A stretch of 64,000 nucleotides of DNA from Neodothiora populina (Eukaryota), in NCBI RefSeq assembly GCF_041146345.1, contig NW_027191414.1, positions 124,001 through 188,000 on the forward strand, written 5' to 3'. The notes beneath the pieces were generated by a model. The model saw only the letters and a list, made by a program, of their open reading frames with translations, was not told the DNA's origin and ran no database searches. Below, one piece after another: positions 60,193-64,000 of the stretch. A program made the translations under genes and the position numbers. Positions within the stretch are counted from its first letter, which is position 1; each line of letters opens with the position of its first letter.

Positions 60193-62034
60193 ATGTCTTT
60201 TCACCCATCAACGAAAATGGAAGGAGGGACCAGGACTGAGCCCATACGGACTGGCAGGCCTCAGAAACAGTCGAGGCAAAAGAGCAGCGATGGTAACAGT
60301 GTCAAATCAAGGTCGCACTCTCGACCAAGTCGACCAAGTAGTCCTGTTATACAAAGAATATACTCGAATCACTTCATCGACGACCATAATGTTTATCATC
60401 ATGAACACGCAGCCGGGGAATCTAGTGCCGAAGAAGAGGAAGAAGAGCGCACTCTAAGAATATCCGCACAAAGTTCTGAACCGGAAGGTGGTGCACTTTC
60501 GGAAAAGGACAAGGAATGGCAGCAAGAGCCAGAAGAGATCCCCGAGGGACCATTTGGCATGATCGCTGATGTGGAGGATAATGCCGACCGCGAGTCTCTC
60601 AAGAGGAAACTATCAGAAAAGCCAGTCAAAGATCCTAACCTAGTCACTTGGGATGGTCCAGATGACCCCAACAATCCCAAAAATTGGCCTTTGAAACGGA
60701 AATGGATAGCCACTATTGTTGTGTCTTCATTCACCTTCATCTCTCCCGTCTCCTCTTCGATGGTAGCACCTGCGATAGGTGCGATCTCAAAGGACTTTAA
60801 CATTACTGGTTCAGCCGAACAGGAGCTTGTGCTCTCGATTTTTGTTCTAGCTTACGCAATTGGACCGCTTTTCCTTGGCCCACTGTCTGAGTTGTACGGA
60901 CGTGTAAGAGTGCTTCAATTAGCGAATCTCTTCTATCTCATTTGGAATTTGGTATGCGGTTTCTCACAGAACACGGGAGAGCTGATGGCTTTTCGATTTC
61001 TTTCTGGTATTGGAGGATCGGCGCCACTCGCCATCGGTGGCGGACTTCTTAGCGACTTATGGAGGCCAGAGGAGAGAGGTAAAGCGATTTCCATCTATTC
61101 TCTAGCGCCGTTGCTGGGCCCTGCTGTTGGTCCTATCGCTGGAGGTTTCATCACAGAGAACACGACTTGGCGATGGTGTTTCTGGTCCACTTCAATCGCA
61201 TGTGCCTTGATCCAGATATCCGGTGTTTTCTTTTTGCAAGAGACTTATGCGCCTGAACTACTGAAGCGGAAGAAGCTGCGCTTGATGAAGGAGACGGGCA
61301 ACCAGGACCTTCGTACAGAACACGACGACCCGAACAGAACGTTTTCGGTCCACTTGAGGACAGCTATGGTCCGACCATTCATCTTGATATCTACCCAACC
61401 GATCGTCCAAGTCTTGGCTGTCTACATGGCTTACGTATATGGTCTCATGTACCTCGTCCTGGCGACGTTTCCGTCACTATGGACAGGAGTCTACGGCGAA
61501 AGCGTCGGCATCGGTGGACTGAACTACATCTCCCTGGGCCTCGGTTTCTTCCTCGGCACCCAGATCGGAGCTCCGATGATAGACGGAGTGTACCGCCGAC
61601 TGAAGAAGAAGAATGGCGGTGTAGGCCGAAGCGAGTTCCGAGTCCCCCTCATGATCCCAGGATCCATTCTCATGCCCGTCGGTCTATTCATCTATGGCTG
61701 GACAGCCGAGTACAAAACTCACTGGATCGCGCCCAACATTGGCACTGCGCTGTTCGCCATGGGCTGCATCATGATCTTCCAGGCTTCTCAGACCTACGTC
61801 GTGGACTCGTACAGCAGGTTCGCGGCGTCCGCTGTGGCCAGTACGACTGTGCTTCGAAGTCTGGCGGGATTCGGGTTTCCGTTGTTTGCAAGGTCGTTAT
61901 ATGGCGCTTTGGGCTATGGATGGGGTAACAGTCTGCTTGGGTTCGTTGCTATCGCGTTTGGTATACCTGCGCCTATTCTGTTGTGGTTCTATGGCGAGAC
62001 GCTACGGAAGAAGAGTCGTTTCGCAGCTGGTTGA
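60193..62034 (+). CDS. MFS drug:H+ antiporter (DHA1 family), intronless
   Basis: VTWDGPDDPNNPKNWP, GPLSELYGRVRV, RFLSGIGGS, PLLGPAVGPIAGG, QETYAP, EFRVP, LGYGWGNSLLG. Confidence 0.94.
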   Translation: MSFHPSTKMEGGTRTEPIRTGRPQKQSRQKSSDGNSVKSRSHSRPSRPSSPVIQRIYSNHFIDDHNVYHHEHAAGESSAEEEEEERTLRISAQSSEPEGGALSEKDKEWQQEPEEIPEGPFGMIADVEDNADRESLKRKLSEKPVKDPNLVTWDGPDDPNNPKNWPLKRKWIATIVVSSFTFISPVSSSMVAPAIGAISKDFNITGSAEQELVLSIFVLAYAIGPLFLGPLSELYGRVRVLQLANLFYLIWNLVCGFSQNTGELMAFRFLSGIGGSAPLAIGGGLLSDLWRPEERGKAISIYSLAPLLGPAVGPIAGGFITENTTWRWCFWSTSIACALIQISGVFFLQETYAPELLKRKKLRLMKETGNQDLRTEHDDPNRTFSVHLRTAMVRPFILISTQPIVQVLAVYMAYVYGLMYLVLATFPSLWTGVYGESVGIGGLNYISLGLGFFLGTQIGAPMIDGVYRRLKKKNGGVGRSEFRVPLMIPGSILMPVGLFIYGWTAEYKTHWIAPNIGTALFAMGCIMIFQASQTYVVDSYSRFAASAVASTTVLRSLAGFGFPLFARSLYGALGYGWGNSLLGFVAIAFGIPAPILLWFYGETLRKKSRFAAG

Positions 62035-63544
62035 AGAGGATGAACATGATGCATGAGTTGTCTTTACGCTTTACATTGCATTTTCTGGAGCGGTCACACG
62101 GTAGTCTATAGCGAGCGAATCAAATACCTAATCATCACGAGACCATGTATTATTTATATTGCTACAACCCATAATCTCGAGCAGCTCACGAGCAGATGAT
62201 CGTACTCAGAGCAAGGCCACAAGCGATCGATTACCAGTCGCTCTTTTCATCTCGAGTATGACCAAAGCCCACCATCTCTGCGTTGACAACCCGAAGAGGT
62301 CCACGAGCAGAACGAGTGTATGAGCGTCAATCCAGGCCGGGCTATAGTGTATTGTACTCAACAGCCAAGGCCACTCACGCGCATACCGGCAGCCTTCGAG
62401 CCTCATAGTCTACCTAAATGTAAAACTACACCAAACAAAACCACACCGATATAATAACGATGACATATCCACACTGCGAACTAACCTCCCATTATTGCCG
62501 AGCCATCCAACAACTACTGTACTAGCCCAGCAACACGCGGACAAGACCAAGCCATATCTACCTTAGGTAGCCAAACCGACTTCCGGTGCCATCCGGAACA
62601 TCAGATAGGGATGCTACAAAAGGGACAGGGTCGCCCTCTCGACCACACAAAAGCCGACCGACCCTCGAGCTCATTCCGCGGACGAAGAAGAGAGAGAGGG
62701 AGCGAGAGAATAAATCATGCTCCGCTTGGGTGGCATGTCAGATACGGAAGGGCAGATGACCTAACGCGCGGATAAATAGGTGTGTGAGTGTGGGTGGAAA
62801 GGTGGATGTCAAAGATATGTCGAGGGACTACCATGACTATTGACCCACACACTTACCGTGCCCCCCAGTGCCTGAAGTAGTTAATCGTTTCTCCCCCACT
62901 CGACCCCGGCAGCTAACAAGTATCCAAGGTACGTATCAGCTATCCCTAAGGATCCACTGGTGTTTGTGCCACACTTTCATTTGACTTGCTGTGTAGTGCT
63001 TGGTTGTTTATCGTGATACTGCAACTACCTCATGTCCAGGTATTTCGTACACTAGGGCATACGAGGCCAGTCACAATACACAAAAAACAAGAGACGTCAG
63101 ATAATTGCTACAGTATTGATATCTCAATTGATATAGTACAAAAAAATAGCAGTGAGATTATTAAGAAATGAAAAAGAGAAGATAAAAAAGACATTAGGGG
63201 TTATGCGTACACCGTCGTCACCAGTAAAGCAAGGCCCCTCAGATACATCCACGATTGTGGCTCCCTCCCATACCTCAGGCGGGGCTCTTGGTCCTCGACC
63301 CATTGGTTATTTGATTTTCCTCGGTCTTTCAACAGCACTAACGACATTAATTTGAACATAGATGAATCTGTAAAGGGGCCCCTCCAATACCAAAACCCAA
63401 CCCAACCCTTTCGGTTGTTGATCCGCCTGTCAAGTCATGGTATCATTGCTATGTGTTCCGTGGGATGTGAGAGGAAAAGGAAATAAGAAAAATGTTTGGG
63501 TCCTGTTCGTCGACCTGTGTTTGCACTTTGTTCTGCGGGCAAGT

Positions 63545-64000
63545 CTACTCGTACTCGTCCTTGACGCGGCGCTGGCTCTCCGAGTCAATGAAGCTGCCAC
63601 GGGAGCGAGTGCTGCGCTTGCGGCTGAACATGGACTTCTTGGCAGTGCGATCGGTCTTGTTCTTGCCAACGGAGCCGCCGACACAGTAAAGGACGGTGCA
63701 GACAAGGTAGGCAGCGAAAGCTCCCCAAGTCCAGCCAAAGGCGTAACGTCCGTAGCGAGCGCTCTCGCCGTTGCGCTGGAAGGCATCTCTGCCCTGAACG
63801 TAGCATGCACTAGGAGCTGGTCAGTATTGTTTGAAGGACGAAACACCGTTATCGACGAGACTCACGTCATGAGAGAAGCAGTAATGGCTTGGAAGAAAAG
63901 CGCGACAGAGCAAGTTGCGCCAGTCAGGTAGGAGCCAAGTCTGGAGCACATGGCCAGACAACCAGTCAAAAGCGCAATGCAAGCGAAGAAGAGGGCGATC
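63545..64000 (-). CDS. 3' part of SUR7/PalI-family tetraspan membrane protein (runs off window); intron 63865-63810
   Basis: Spliced ...IALFFACIALLTGCLAMCSRLGSYL...ASLMT|ACYVQGRDAF...GRYAFGWTWGA...RSRGSFIDSESQRRVKDEYE*. Confidence 0.85.

Overview
Gene-dense genomic DNA from a filamentous ascomycete (short GT-AG introns with CTRAY branch sites, a dispersed 5S gene and an intron-containing tRNA; possibly a Dothideomycete, but that is an impression only). I can support about 18 protein-coding genes, reconstructed exon by exon where spliced: aquaporin, an ankyrin/deaminase fusion, YAE1, a SET-MYND methyltransferase, a DERA homologue, RPS27, an otubain, CSN2, CWC25, RHO3, a GPR1/FUN34 transporter, a hypothetical protein, SSZ1, an ABC1 kinase, a large disordered coiled-coil protein, an OPT transporter, SCO1, a GPI-anchored GH18 chitinase, an MFS transporter and the 3' end of a SUR7-family gene. 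There is also one tRNA-Glu(TTC) and one 5S rRNA. Three items stand out. (1) An intronless gene near the tRNA fuses a putative Zn-finger and ankyrin repeats to an intact SGW/HAE/PCxxC deaminase of the SsdA/DYW-like toxin type; it is a candidate regulated nucleic-acid editor or defence effector. (2) An intact DERA gene has its Schiff-base lysine and partner residues substituted, so it is a probable pseudoenzyme. (3) A 179-codon in-frame N-terminal extension lies in about 700 nt free of AUG and starts at a CUG in strong context, a candidate for non-AUG initiation. All calls come from reading the sequence; no searches were run.
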